Of a stretch of DNA of 64,000 nt, positions 1-13,606 are shown piece after piece. How positions within the stretch are numbered: the first letter of the stretch is position 1; the number at the start of each line of letters is the position of its first letter. Source of the stretch: Rhizophagus irregularis (Eukaryota); the NCBI RefSeq assembly GCF_026210795.1, contig NC_089436.1, positions 1,736,001 to 1,800,000 on the forward strand, read 5' to 3'. The notes under the pieces are model-generated. The model was not told where the DNA came from. It searched no databases and was given only the letters and a program-made list of their open reading frames with translations. Position numbers and translations under genes: made by a program.

Positions 1-636
1 GCCACGTGATTATAATAAAAGTCATATGATAACAAAAGTTCATGTTTAAACTAATGAATTTATTTTTAATAAAGTTCTACTAACAACACATTAATAAAAT
101 CAATTGTACTACATGTGACATATAAGTTTGTTCTCTACAAATTCTAAAGCTTGTAATAACCCAAAAACCAACTTAACAACTTACCAATTCTAACTAACAT
201 TTTTTATAACCAACAATCCTAATATCATTTTAATAATCCTAATAACTTAACAGCTAACAATTTTAGTGATTTTCACTAATGCTCCTTCCTAACAATTAAT
301 AATCCTAATTTCTAATACCCCTAACACTCCTAATGCTCCTAATGCTTCTACTAAGTCCTAACGTTCCTAATGCTAATATTATAATAATCTAATAACTCTA
401 ACAATCTTAATGAAAAATAATGAAATTAGCAAACATTATCAAATTTTAATAACTTAAACTCAAAATTTCAATGAATTACGAATCTTGATGAAATTCTAGC
501 CCAAGATGATTATATCAAGATTTGGCAAGTTTTAGTATAATGTCTGTATTATTTGCATTTTCTGCACTTACATCCTTTATTATTTTCATTGTTGTAGATA
601 TTGATTTGCTGTATGTTATTTCTTGATACATATTTT

Positions 637-1314
637 TAGTGCTCTGAAAAAAATCTAATCTGTCAGATTCAGATCAGATCAGATAAATTTAATCTGCAGT
701 TTAGATTCAGATCAAAAAAAATTTGATTTGAGCAAATCAGATTAGCTTTAGATCAAATCAAATCAAATCAAATCAGATTCAGATTAGGCTTTATTTAAAA
801 TCTAAATCTGATTAAATTGGATCCGATAGATTTGATTCAGATCTCAAATTTGATTTTATTAATAATTTTAGCTGAATTCATAATGCCAGCTGGAATTAAT
901 TCATAATTTTAAACTCCAGCCAAAACGGATATGTCAATCATTTCTTTTTTGGTGATAGCCATTCCACAAAAATTGACCTAAATTTCTTTTTTAAGAAATT
1001 CCATAATTCCTGCCAGAGTTAAGTGCATAATTCTGGCTGAATTACATATTTACAAATTATAGCTTTAGAATTTATAACATTTATTTAGATTCAAATCAGA
1101 TTCAAATCAGATCAAATTAGATTCAGATTAGATCAAATTTAATCAGTTTCGAATCAGATCAGATCAGATTTGAATCTTATTAAATCTGATCTGATTTAGA
1201 TTAAATTTAAACCGATCTGATTCAGATCAAATTAAATCAAATTAGATTTAATTAATTTCAGATTAGATTGAATTTAAGTAAAATCTGATCTGATCTGATT
1301 TGTTAAGAATACTA
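637..1314. mobile_element. hAT-type MITE with ATCAG/ATCTG subterminal repeats
   Basis: Ends TAGTGCTCTGAAAAAAATC... and ...GATTTGTTAAGAATACTA form degenerate TIRs. 8-bp TSD CATATTTT (629-636) / CATGTTTT (1315-1322). Dense (ATCAG)n arrays at both ends. Confidence 0.8.
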
Positions 1315-1479
1315 CATGTTTTCCTTTAGAAGAGAATTGTTTAACATTTAATTGCAATCTTTTTGGTGAACGCTCTTTATACTTATTAGTAATGTTAGAA
1401 TTATTAGCATCAAGAATATAATCTATTTGCTTTTTGCAAAATTATTTTGTATATCACAAAAAAATATTTTTAACATATT

Positions 1480-2012
1480 AGATAGATCTTGGTACTATAG
1501 ACGAATCTAATGATATGTGTTTTATTTCTATAGGATAGAGTAAAATTACTATAAAAATTTATTGAATTTTGGTGTCGGAGCATGATCTAGTGATTAGATT
1601 TGAATGAATTTACCACCATTTGATTCATCATGATGAGATGATTCTAATGGCGGTAAGATCATCTTTCTAGCATTGAAATTGGCAGAGCTATTATGCTATA
1701 AATATTTAAAAGTTATTGGTATCAGAGCGCGATCTAGTAATTGGATTTAAATGGTCTTACTACCATTAGAATCGTCTTATCGAGACGAATCAAATGGTAG
1801 TAAGATCATCCAAAACGGATCATTGGGTGCCGAGTTATTATTTGTTAAAGTTTTTATATATAAATCGGCCAAAATTAAGGCTAATTCTGGCCAAATATTT
1901 TCGTAATACGAAATTAATTATGGAGTTTAAAATTAATTATAGGATACGGAGTTTTTCTAATGAATTACTTAATAATTACAGAATTACGTAATTACGTATT
2001 TCCATAATACTA
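1480..2012. mobile_element. Partial TIR element carrying 147-bp palindromic units
   Basis: GATCTAGT(G/A)ATT at 1584 and 1731 (147 bp apart). Units are the reverse complement of the 53.6-54.4 kb array. Right end ...CCATAATACTA is hAT-like; left end not found. Confidence 0.55.
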
Positions 2013-2970
2013 AAATAATTTCAGATACAAGTATACTTGGTATATATCAGCTTTAATAGCTAAATTAATAACTTTTTTTAATAATTCAAACAACTCCACA
2101 TATATAATTTTGTTTGGTGTTATTGTTGAACTAAAATTATTGTTTGATATAAACTGAATTGAAAATAAATGCTTGAATGTACCATTAGTAATAGGAAAAT
2201 TTTTTTCTGAATTGGTTATAAAACATAATGTAATGGCTGGTATTTGTTGTAAAAGCACTTTTTGATTAACATTAGGTTCAAGATACCAGTAAGATGATAT
2301 AAGAGTTATATAATAAGTAGCTGATTGAGAATAAGTTGCCATACAAAATAAATAGTGACATATTAAGCCTTTATTCATTAATAAAAGACATGTACACAAA
2401 TGTATACCATCATTTAATAATACTACATAATAACTGATGCCTGATGTTCCTGTAGTTCAAACATGCCACACTTCTAATATTGTTTCTTAAATTACATCAT
2501 TAATCAATGATTTAAAAAGAACTTGTCAAATATCTTGCTCTTATTCTCAAAGTCTAATATAAATCTCTTCGTAATTATTAATATTCGTCTAAAAAACCAA
2601 TATGATTTCAATATTAAAACAAAAAAAATAAACAGCATTCATTATTACTTTACCTCTAATAACTGTAGTCAATCCACAATACGATTCAAATCATAGCATA
2701 CAGATTGGTCCATTTGCATTCTCTGTTTTCCTAACATAATAAAATATAAATATTGCTTGATAATATCGTTTGTCCACCCAAAAAATCTATTATGTAACAT
2801 TGGTAAACCAACAGTTGATAAATTAGGACTCCACTTACTACTAAGATATGTTACCAGTAGAAATTTCACTTTTATATGAAACCTTACCATATAATTTGCT
2901 TAAATTCTATTGGTTAATTAACTAAAAAGAAAAAAAATCATAATAATATAATATAAAATTTCCTTTTATA

Positions 2971-3382
2971 GAGGTCATCTAAAGCGGGACAAATCACGTG
3001 ACTTCAAAAAAATTGTTTTCATAAAATAAAACTTTTTATCATATATTCAACCATTCTAAACATACATCTTAAATACATTTTTGCCTGCTCTGCAAGTTTA
3101 CTTAGAGCGCAGGATAGGGTTTTGAATGCTGGTTTTGATTTATTTGACTTTTTCAATATCGTTATTCATTTTTGGATATGATCGGTAAAGTTTCATTCAT
3201 TCATATATAAGGTCAAAAACAATATTCAAAATCCACATTTTTTCTTTAAGTAAACTTGCAAAGCAGATAAAAATACGATTATATTATGATTTTAAAATTT
3301 CTATTAATCTTTCTTTATAAAAAATTAATCTAATTAAAATTACACTGAATCACGTGATTTGCCTCCTGCTTTAGACGACCTT
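2971..3382. mobile_element. MITE with ~35-bp TIRs and an internal palindrome
   Basis: GAGGTCATCTAAAGCGGGACAAATCACGTGA versus reverse complement of the right end AAGGTCGTCTAAAGCAGGAGGCAAATCACGTGA. Flanking direct repeat CTTTTATA (2963-2970 / 3383-3390); TSD can be read as 8-10 bp, so superfamily is ambiguous. Confidence 0.8.
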
Positions 3383-5512
3383 CTTTTATAGTAGGATCTT
3401 CAAAGAGTTTTATATGTAAACCTTACCTTAAGCCACAGGGTGACCTATCTTAATAGTAGGCGGGTCCTGCTGGTAAATTGTTACATGCAAATTCAAATTT
3501 TTCAAGATACTCTTTATATTTAACATATTCGTTCATATTAGTCACTAAATCACATAAAGAAGTAGATTTATCAACCCTATCATTACGAAGTTTAACTAAA
3601 TGGAAATCTTGTATTTATCAAATAGCAGTATTTGATAAGTATTAAAAATTTGCATTTATTAAATAATAAAAAAATAAAATACTTAAATACTGCATTATTT
3701 TATTATTTATTAATTATTTAATTTTTTAAGCATTTTTTTAATACTTTAATTTAACATTTATAGATACTTTTTCAATGTATCTTGTATTCAATAAGTGCTA
3801 TTTATAAATATTTAGTAAATGCTTTGATAAACATTATGATGATCATGAATTTGCTTGTTAATGGATATGATTCTTTGTGTACTTTGTACATCATGGCAGC
3901 TGTAAATTGATTATGTATCTATGGAATGGCTCATGACTTTTTATTAATATAAAGAGTATTAAACATCATGTATTTAACCGATTCAGGATATTAATCAAGT
4001 AATTGTACTCAAATAACTTTTCATATAAGGAATTTTGACAAGTATAAAATTTGTAAAAAAAGCCTTTAAAGCGAACCTCCAATTTTCCTTTAAGCTTTTT
4101 GTGAAAATTTAAGTCAATATAAAAAATACATAACAAATGATTTGTGTTGAAATGTATTTCCTTGATTGTACTGATCAAAGATGAATCTGAGTCAATAAAT
4201 ATAACTCTGGGGTTAACACCTGTTTCTTCAAATAATGTCATTAACATCCATCAAAAGGTATCCAATATTTCATCTTTTATAATTACAGAAGCTACAATTC
4301 TTGTTTTAAAATGATTATCAATGACAATAATAATACAAAGCATCATCCAGAACTGATTGGTATTTGATGTGATATTCAAAATTATAATGTCATGAAAATT
4401 TTTGTATAAAGATCGTTGTTGTGGTGACATCCACAATAAATGATTCAACTTTTTTGATGAAGGTTCTAAGCGTGGGTTAACAATCCATAATGGATCTAAA
4501 TCTTTCTGATTTAACAGTATCTGTAACACTTGAGATGCATTTGAACCACCTGGATTGTTTTTTAACTGAAATTGGTATACTGCATTATATAAATTTTTTT
4601 TAAATATAATATAGTTAGGGTAGTCATGTATGAGTAATAGATAAATGGATCCAGAATCCATTCGTCCTTGTATGACATATTTTTTTATGTCAGATAACAT
4701 TTTTGAAGTCAATTTTTGAAACTGAGTTAGAATATGTTATAATTATCAATGAATGAATTAATTTTAATGATATTATTACTTGTCTTAGGACAAGTAACAT
4801 TAATTTTTCATAGGCATTATATGTACTGTGAATTTTGTCTTTTAGTTAGATCAAAAGATACTTGCAGATTGTGGATACCTGATCTTGAACATTTATAAGT
4901 AATACGACATATTATTTCTTCCTTCATTTGACTAGTCCTAATCTTATAGTTAAATTTTTTTTTTTTAGCAAAATCATCAATCCAGATATTAAATTCTTGC
5001 TAATTTGTAAAGGTAAGTCCAGTCTTTAACTCTAAATTGTCTATTACTTCTGAATCAGAATCAGAACTATTATCTAAAGAATGTTGTTTAGTTAATGATA
5101 ATCACCTCCAAATTTGTCATTAGAACTGAAGTTATACAAAGACCACTACAAACAAAATAAAAGTATTAGTGAAACAACTAAGCTAAACAAAGATACTAAT
5201 AAAAAAACAGAAATTAAAGTGAAACAAAGTACTTGAGAGAAAAAAGCATCACAATTTATATTAATATCATCACAAATTTCTTGTTCTAGTTCTTTTGAAT
5301 AAGCATTTATACTAACATCTTTTATTTGATTGTAAAGCTGATGATCATTTTTAAATTCGTTAAAGTTATACAAATGTTGAATGGAAAACTAATAAATAAA
5401 AAAAAAGTAATAGTTGGCAAAAAGCAAAGAAATATGATTAAAGTTGATCAGAGTTACTAAAAAACAGAAATATTAAAGAAAAATAAAGTACTTGAGGAAT
5501 AGAAGTTTTATA

Positions 5513-5942
5513 CAGTCGACTCTGGTTATAACGAACCTGTTTGTACCGAAACCTCGTTATACCGAATCATAATTTCCAGAACCGATTTTTTATAAATAAT
5601 TTCACTGGATATAACGAACTTTTATTATAAAACACTATATAACGCATCCGAACCAAACTTAACCAGCCCCTATATATCAGCTATATAATAACTTTATACT
5701 TTCTATAACGAACGGTCATGTGACTATATAGTAGTCCAGGCCAATTTTATAGTGCTGGCTAGAATTACTAGTAATTTTTTCGAAAATTTATGTTAAAAAG
5801 AAATTATAATTTTGGCCAGCATTACAAATTTGGCTTAAATTGCCTATAAAGAAAACTAGTTCGGTATATTATATAACGAATTCACTATATACCGAACTAA
5901 ACCTCCTGAATCTGAAAGTGCTGTTATATCCAGAGTTGACTG
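5513..5942. mobile_element. Tc1/mariner (pogo-like) MITE
   Basis: TIR CAGTCGACTCTGGTTATAAC / CAGTCAACTCTGGATATAAC, TA TSD on both sides, internal TATA(A/C)CGAA repeats. Confidence 0.88.
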
Positions 5943-6305
5943 TAGTTTATATTTCTATCATAGATTTCTTGTTCCTCATCAATATCAAATATTAATAGAT
6001 TTGATATATCTTGCAACATTGGTTTTTAACTTTGTGAAGCTTTTTTTGGTATTTTTATAAGACAAATAACAAGACTGAGAATTTAGAAGAAAAGAAGAGC
6101 GAGCAAGTATGATAACATATGTAATTCGCATAGTAATTATATAAATATATTTGCGTAATACATTTATCTAGCATAAATCATATGATGAGTATTTTGCATA
6201 TTAGTTTTATATATATAAAATAAATAAAACTAGTATGCGAAATACGCATTTTAATATGTATTTCACACAATAAGAAATCTTCTATAGTATATTGTTATAT
6301 AATAA

Positions 6306-6818
<513 letters not shown>

Positions 6819-7109
6819 AAATATAAATTACATAAAATATATATCTTTGTTATAATAAAAAAAATTATTATAAAAGAAAATTTGTTATTAAAAAAATCAT
6901 TTTTATATTGATTATAAAATTTACTTTATTAAAAAATATACATAAAATTCAGTTTAATATAATGAAAATTTTTTTATATATTAAAAATACTATAATTATA
7001 GAAAATTCATTATATTATAATTAAAATTTATTATAAAAAAAGTTAATTATATATGTTTTAATTTTTATAAATTATAAAAAATATTAAATTAAATTTATTT
7101 AATTAAATA

Positions 7110-8426
7110 GACTGTTGCTAACTTTCTCTCCGGGTGAAGATCACCTAGGGTGATTTCACCTAGGTGATTTCACTCACGATTAATTTATTAAATTTATTAA
7201 ATTTGATTGGTGTAAATTTTAATATTTCTCACTTTGCAAAAGAAATTTTTTGATTGGCTAAATTTTTAAATATATAATAAACAATGCTTAAAATATTTTC
7301 GCACTAAAAGTTTATAGCAATTTATTAATTTTTAATAGATTACATGAATCATTGATTGAAAAAAACAAACTCATACTATCCAAAATACTAGATTTTTGAT
7401 AGGAATAACAAAAAAAATGAGTCACAATGATAAAGAAAAGAGAATATGTGAATAAAAAAAGGAAAAAAAATGAGGGTGAATGGGAATGAAAGAAACAAAG
7501 GGGGATTGAAGGAGGAACGAAATGGAGCAAAGGGGGGAGTGAAAAAAATGAAAGGGGCGAAAAAGATCAAGTGGGAATGAAAAAAAATGAAAGAATGAAG
7601 GAGAGACGAGATGGAGCAAAGGGGGAATAAAAAGAATAAAGGGTAGTGTAAAGGAATAAAAAAGATGAAGCGGGAATGGAATAAAACAAAAGGAATGAAG
7701 GGTAGTGTAAAGGAACGAAAGAGACGAAGTGGAACAAAAAAAAAAATGAAAGGAACGCAGAGAAAATAAAGAACAACGGAAAAAACAAAAGAAGGGAAGA
7801 ATAAAAAAGCAAAAAAAAATGAAGAGACGAAAAAGAATAAAAAATGGAGAAGGAACGAAAATGAGATAAACAGGGGACCAAGTAAAAACCAAACCCATAA
7901 AATAAAAGAAGAAATAAAGTTAGTAGGGAACGGAAATTACATGTAATAAATAAACGAAAACAAAAAAGTAAAAACATACCTTAGTAGTTGCAGAGAAGAA
8001 CCGAAAGATCTAAAAAGAGTGAAATACAAAATGTAAGAAACGAAATATAAGAATGAAATAAAAAATAAGAAACGGCCTAGTGCTGGACATATATACCTTA
8101 ATTGCAAAGCCGAAAGAGCTAAAGGACCTAAAAAAACGAAATAAAGTTAGTAGGAAACAAAATGCAAGAAGCAAATAAAAAAAAAAGAAAGAAAATGTAC
8201 CTTGAGTGCCGTGCGAAAGGAGCGAAAGGCCTAAAGAAAAAAAAGATTATACGAGTACGTTTAAAAAAAAACAAACATAAGAAATGATCAGCACATTAAT
8301 TAGCCAATAAAATTTAAATGAGGTGATATCACCGGGTAAATTATATAAAAATATATAAAATTATCAGGTTAAATCACCCTAGGTGAAAAATTGCTAAATC
8401 ACCCCGGGTGAAAATTAGTTATAATC
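7110..8426. mobile_element. Non-autonomous Mutator-like element
   Basis: Perfect 9-bp TSD AATTAAATA (7101-7109 / 8427-8435). G-starting degenerate TIRs with TCACC...GGTGA repeats; purine-rich internal tract. Confidence 0.8.
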
Positions 8427-9739
8427 AATTAAATATTTGTTTTTATTTATTTATATACCTTTTTTTATTTTTTTTTATCTTTTTAATAAGTTAAATTAGA
8501 AATTTTCCAACTTATTTAGAAGTTATCTATTTCTTAATTTTGTTTAAAAGTTGCTCTACTTTGCAAAATAAAAAATACATATTTACAAATTATAATAAAC
8601 AATTCAATAATTAAAGAAATAAAAAATAAAAAAAAAATATTATCTATGATTTTATTATCACACTTTGCAAAATAAGAAAACCCATCTTTATAAACTTGAT
8701 AAATAAATTCATAATCAAATATAAACAGACAACTTTAATTTACAAAATCATTATAATTTTCATTATCCATTCCTGATTTACTGCATCCTTTAGTAACTGT
8801 TAACTTGTATAGATCAGCTCTTTGATTTATTTTTTTTGCTTTCCATTCAGCTAATTCCTTTCAATAATTGAAAAAAATATATATATATATAAAAGTAATT
8901 TTTTAAGTTAAATTAGGAATTTTCTGATTCACTAAGGAATTATCCATTCTTAACTTTGCACTTAGGAGTTACTCCACTTAAAAAAATATGCTTCTTTTAA
9001 AGTCTGATTCAGATTCAGCCTTTCTGCTTCTTTCAAGAAATGGGTAGCCTTTTTGCATTTGTTTAGAAAACTAGTAATACTTCTTTACTCAAAGTATTCA
9101 TGCAATTTTTCTGTCATTTAGTTTTTAATATAAAATAGTGTTGTAACTGATAACATTCTGACGTTAAATAAGTAAATAAAAAAAAGTTGATAATAAATTT
9201 TTAGAGAAAGTATTTTTTTTAGGAAAGTAGAAATAGTTTTTTTATTAAAATATTTTTTTTTCAGAGAAAATAGTATGTTTTTATAAGAGAAAGTAATCTT
9301 ACCGACTTTAACCAATGCTGTTTCTTTTATACCACTGTATATACCTCAATATGGCTTAGTGATTCTGTGACACAAATTTTTATCGTCACTCATGTGATTC
9401 GACTTACACATTAAAAACTATAATAGAAAAAATCCTTTTTTAATGGAAGGAAATGAAAAAAATTATCACTATATAGAACAGTCTGCAACTTCAAAAAGAG
9501 AAATACAGACCTTGGCGAAAAGAATAGCGGTCAGTTTTTTTGATATCACGAATGTAATTTATAGTAAAATGTGAATTTTTTTTTTATTTTCTGAAAGGGG
9601 AACAGAAAATACATATATTTCATTATTTAAATAATATTTGATATGATCATCTTCCCATGTCAATAAATGCTTTAATTTAGTATTGCATACTATTTGCACT
9701 CTTAACCAGTGTTATTTTATTATGATATTTTAATATTTT

Positions 9740-10040
9740 CTTAACTTTCTCGCCATCCAGAGGTCAGATTGAGACAAATTTACCACCATTGGATTCCTCT
9801 TGACTATGTGGTTTGAATGGTGGTCTCAAAATTACTGTGTAGCATCTGTGTAATGTGATAGTTCAAGTATAATAGTGAGTATTATAAATTTTTATGTTGT
9901 ATAAAGATAATCATTTCTAAAAGCAATATAAAAGCTTAATAATATAATAAAAGACCATTATTTAAATCTCGTAATTGCAAGAAATCTAATAGTTGTAATT
10001 TTGTTTTAATACAAGCTTTGGTTGATGAGAAAATGAAGTT
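9740..10040. repeat. Degenerate copies of the palindromic cassette
   Basis: CATCCAGAGGTCAGATT...TTACCACCATTGGATTCCTCTTGAC...GAATGGTGG resembles the 147-bp unit; a second, more decayed inverted copy follows. Confidence 0.5.
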
Positions 10041-11273
10041 TAAACTTTTTATTTCAAACTTTCATACCAAATTCAAAAAATTATTAGTAGTATTTCTCTG
10101 TGATAATGTGATATAACAAAATGCAATTATAATATTTGGCAGTTAAAAGTAAGTGGTTTTTTTTAAAAAAAAATTGGAATTTATTATTATATAGGATTTT
10201 GAGCATTTTAAAAAAAATTCATAGCAAATTATTATGCTCCGATTTTTATTAAATTTATAACATTGGTTTTTTAGAAGGTAAAATAGGCGTAAAAACAATA
10301 ATAAAATTTCATTTTTTTTTATTGCTTTTTAAAATAGTATTTTAAAAATCCATTGGGCATTACAAGTTTTAATTTAAATAGGAAAATTCTGATCTCATAT
10401 CCAAATAACAAATGATATTCGCACCGCCATTCTTTTCGCCGGGGACTGTAGTTGTAAATCTATTTTTGCTATATTTTTATTGAAATTTGTTATTTATACA
10501 TAATAAAATAAATTTAGGGCGATTTGGATTTTGGATCTAAGTAATTTATAGTGAAAACTACTTAAATTCTTTTAATTTTCATATGTGAATTGCAATTAAC
10601 TGTTTATGTAATCTATATTGTCCTGAAATTATTATGCATTGTTAAGAAAAATAATTGACGTAATACTCGAATTTATAAAAATACGAGGGTGTCGATTAAA
10701 ATTATTCTTTATCGTCGAAGTACTAATGACAGTACATAACAAAAGCATAAAGCAAGTTGTATACAATGTTAAAAATAAATATTGGTCAAATCGGAGTTCT
10801 AATTCTAACTTTGTTTATCCTATTTTTACCGATAAATGTTAATGTAACTATTTTGATGATTTACGATATTTGTAAATAAACAATCTCATGTCTATGATAC
10901 CGATTTCCTTAATGTTCTAATTTTAGGCGAAAATTCCGAAACTACTTACCAAAATGTTGAAACAAAGGGAAAAAAGTTCGTAATTCATAGATAAATTTGT
11001 TCATGTGCTTGCAGTCAAATGGGATCATAACCACGTTATTATGTCGTGTGATTTGATTTAATTATTTAATAATTATTGTTTTCAGATGCTCACTAACCAT
11101 ATACTTCATTATGACGTATAAGATACCATCTATAGATTCGTGTTATTTATTCGTTTTTTATTCATTTTTTATTCGTTGACCCGTGAGAATAAATTAAAAA
11201 CAATGATAAATGTAATACATTTGTGGTTTTTTTTTATTTTTACATCTCTCTTCTTTTTTTTTTTTTAATAAAG

Positions 11274-12567
11274 ATGAATGTATTAAGTGAATCGATTGCA
11301 GTTTTCTCACCAGAAGAACAGGAAGCTGAACGAAAAGTTTTAAAAGAATTTAAAAATTTGACAAATTCTCAAATTTATGAACACATTTTTATTCACCGAA
11401 TGATGTTACGAAAACAACATGTCACAAATATTCATTGTCCATCCGACATACTAGGAACCGATTCATGTGAACTTATTCTTCCATCTCTCCACAAGACAAT
11501 TCAAACTGTATTATCTAACACTTCTGATTCATCAGAATTTCATTTATTAGATATTGGAGCAGCTTCAGGTGAAATCATTGATTGGTGCTTTGCTAAAGAA
11601 CTCGAGAAAAATGTTCAAATGAATAGGCAAAATATAATTCATATAATTGAACCAAATTCAAATTTATTACAAACTTATCAACAAAAATTATGTGAGTATG
11701 CTCATTTAAGTCAAGGTATCGTTTATAATGGAACGGTACAGGATTATTTTGATATGGATGATAACGCAAACGACGGAACAAACAAATTAAGAGTGGAGGC
11801 ACCCTTACCACTCATTCCATTAGATCTTATTAATTGTATACATATGATTAATTATCTGTAAGTAAGAGTTTTTAAGAACTTCGGTTTTCTTTCCCCCCTC
11901 TTTTACTTATACACTCTTCTTGCATAAAATAAAATAAAGCGTTGATATAACTACTCCAAAAATCGATCCATCAAATGATATCATTTCCTTTTGCAAATTC
12001 ATTTATTCGCATTTGAAACCAGGCGGTGCAATTTATATTGCACATTTAGACGTATTGAATTTATTTAATTTTAATGATGACGACGAAGATAACGATTACA
12101 ATGCAGAAACTTATCAAAAAATTCAACAAATAACTTCTGCAAGAAATTCCTTGTTATATGAGGGTAATATCATTGATCATCTTCATTCTTCAGAATTAAA
12201 TGTATGTGAAGTAGATTATGATAGTGATGATACGATGGAAAATTCTCGAAAACGTAAAATCAAGACCATTCCAAAATTCAATTCATATAAATTACCTAGC
12301 TCGTTATTTTCAAAATCTTTAGCTGATATGTCCGTACTTTTATTAATCGATCAATTGCCAAAAGTCAAAAATGATGATAGAAAATTTGATATTAGATTGT
12401 TGGAGAATATTTTGGAACAAGTTAAAGAAGTCGCAATGACTCCCGTTGGTGAAGGTAAAAAGAAAAAGTTTGGATTGGAAAGAGGTACGAGAGGTGGTGA
12501 AATAGTTTGGAAAATTGATATTCCATTGATCATTAGTATAATTCGTAAGGAGAAGGTTCATATCTGA
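11274..12567 (+). CDS. Class I SAM-dependent methyltransferase (2 exons: 11274-11857, 11940-12567)
   Basis: Motif I LLDIGAASG, acidic post-I IIEPN, LDLINCIHMINYL and LKPGG. Intron GTAAGT(11858)...AAG(11939) joins the two ORFs in frame. Confidence 0.85.
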
Positions 12568-12782
12568 GTTCCAAATACATTCTAGATCGACAATATCATA
12601 CGATTATTTTAGTATAAAAGGTTAATTCCAAGTTAGCCTTAATTAGTCTCTTATATTTATATCATTTGTTATTTTTTATTTATTTTTTTTCTTTCTTTAT
12701 TGTTTACTATTCTCTCTCTCTATAAAAGAAATAAAAGTGATACGAAAAAAAATTGGATAATGTTATTATATTGCAAAGTTTT

Positions 12783-12855
12783 CGCCCCAACTAGGACTCG
12801 AACCTAGAACCTCCGCCTTAGGAGGGCGACGCCATATCCATTAGGCTATTGGGGC
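12783..12855 (-). tRNA. tRNA-Arg(CCT), intronless, 73 nt
   Basis: GCCCCAA/TTGGGGC acceptor stem, D-arm TAGCCTAATGGATATGGC, anticodon arm TCGCC-CTCCTAA-GGCGG, T-arm CTAGG-TTCGAGT-CCTAG. Confidence 0.96.
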
Positions 12856-13606
12856 CGATCATATAGCTGTTGTGTTCAGAAAAATAAATCTAAAAAAATT
12901 ATCAAAATTTTAAAAATTTTATAAATTCAAGTTTTGGATTTAAAAAGGTCTGTCCGACGCAGAAATATCACATAACAAAGGTTTTTTCTAGTTTAGATTG
13001 TTCTTTGATAGATGGCTTGTACTAATAGTTCAAATAAAATGACGTACGAATTTAAAAAGGGGAAATCGGGTACTCTTGTGTTGAATGAATGGCGTCTTGC
13101 AATAACGCCATCTTTCCACTACTCGCATATTGTACAAATGATCTTGTTTACCTTTTTTTCAAAAAAAAAAAGTTACCCTGATTATCTCCGTTGTTTAATT
13201 GTCAGTGTTGATACAAATTTGGCAACATATACCGAAATTTAAATTACTTTTTATATTATGGAATTGCTTCATAATTTTATCATAATATTTATTGTTATGA
13301 TTAAAACAATTTAAATAATGGTAAAAAACAGGTTTAATTATTAGGTTACGACAACATAACTTACAAATATTAATGTTTCATGTGATGATCTTTCGGGACA
13401 TTTAGGGGAAAAAACCGTTGTTAGGTATGTGATTTGTTTATTAATTCACACCCCCTCACCTTAAAACTCCAATTTTAGTATTTACTGCTCTCTCTCATAA
13501 ATGATTGATTTTTTTTTTTAGAAAACAAAAAAATTTCCTTGAATAATTTTTTTTAATCTGCTTTTATAAGTTCACATTAAATTTTAGTTTGATAAAATAA
13601 GTTATT

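Larger units (their letters stand above)
520..6060 (-). pseudogene. Decayed MULE/Mutator (FAR1-type) transposase, interrupted by nested insertions
   Basis: Minus-strand fragments: ORF 4251-4712 (LLWMSPQQRSLY...IIILNITSNTNQFWMMLCIIIVIDNHFKTRIVA, MULE DDE region), ORF 3966-4247 (PRVIFIDSDSSL...HLLCIFYI), SWIM-like CTCLLLMNKGLICHYLF (ORF 2010-2399) and a C-terminal knuckle KCRKCK...HYTKTC near 520-575. Many stops and frameshifts; ends approximate. Confidence 0.85.

Noticed and set aside
1794..1991. 65-aa ORF
   Set aside because: Starts inside a palindromic repeat unit of a TE; no coding evidence.
7312..7977. Phe-rich minus-strand ORFs as membrane proteins
   Set aside because: All frames are open because of a purine-rich low-complexity tract inside a MITE.
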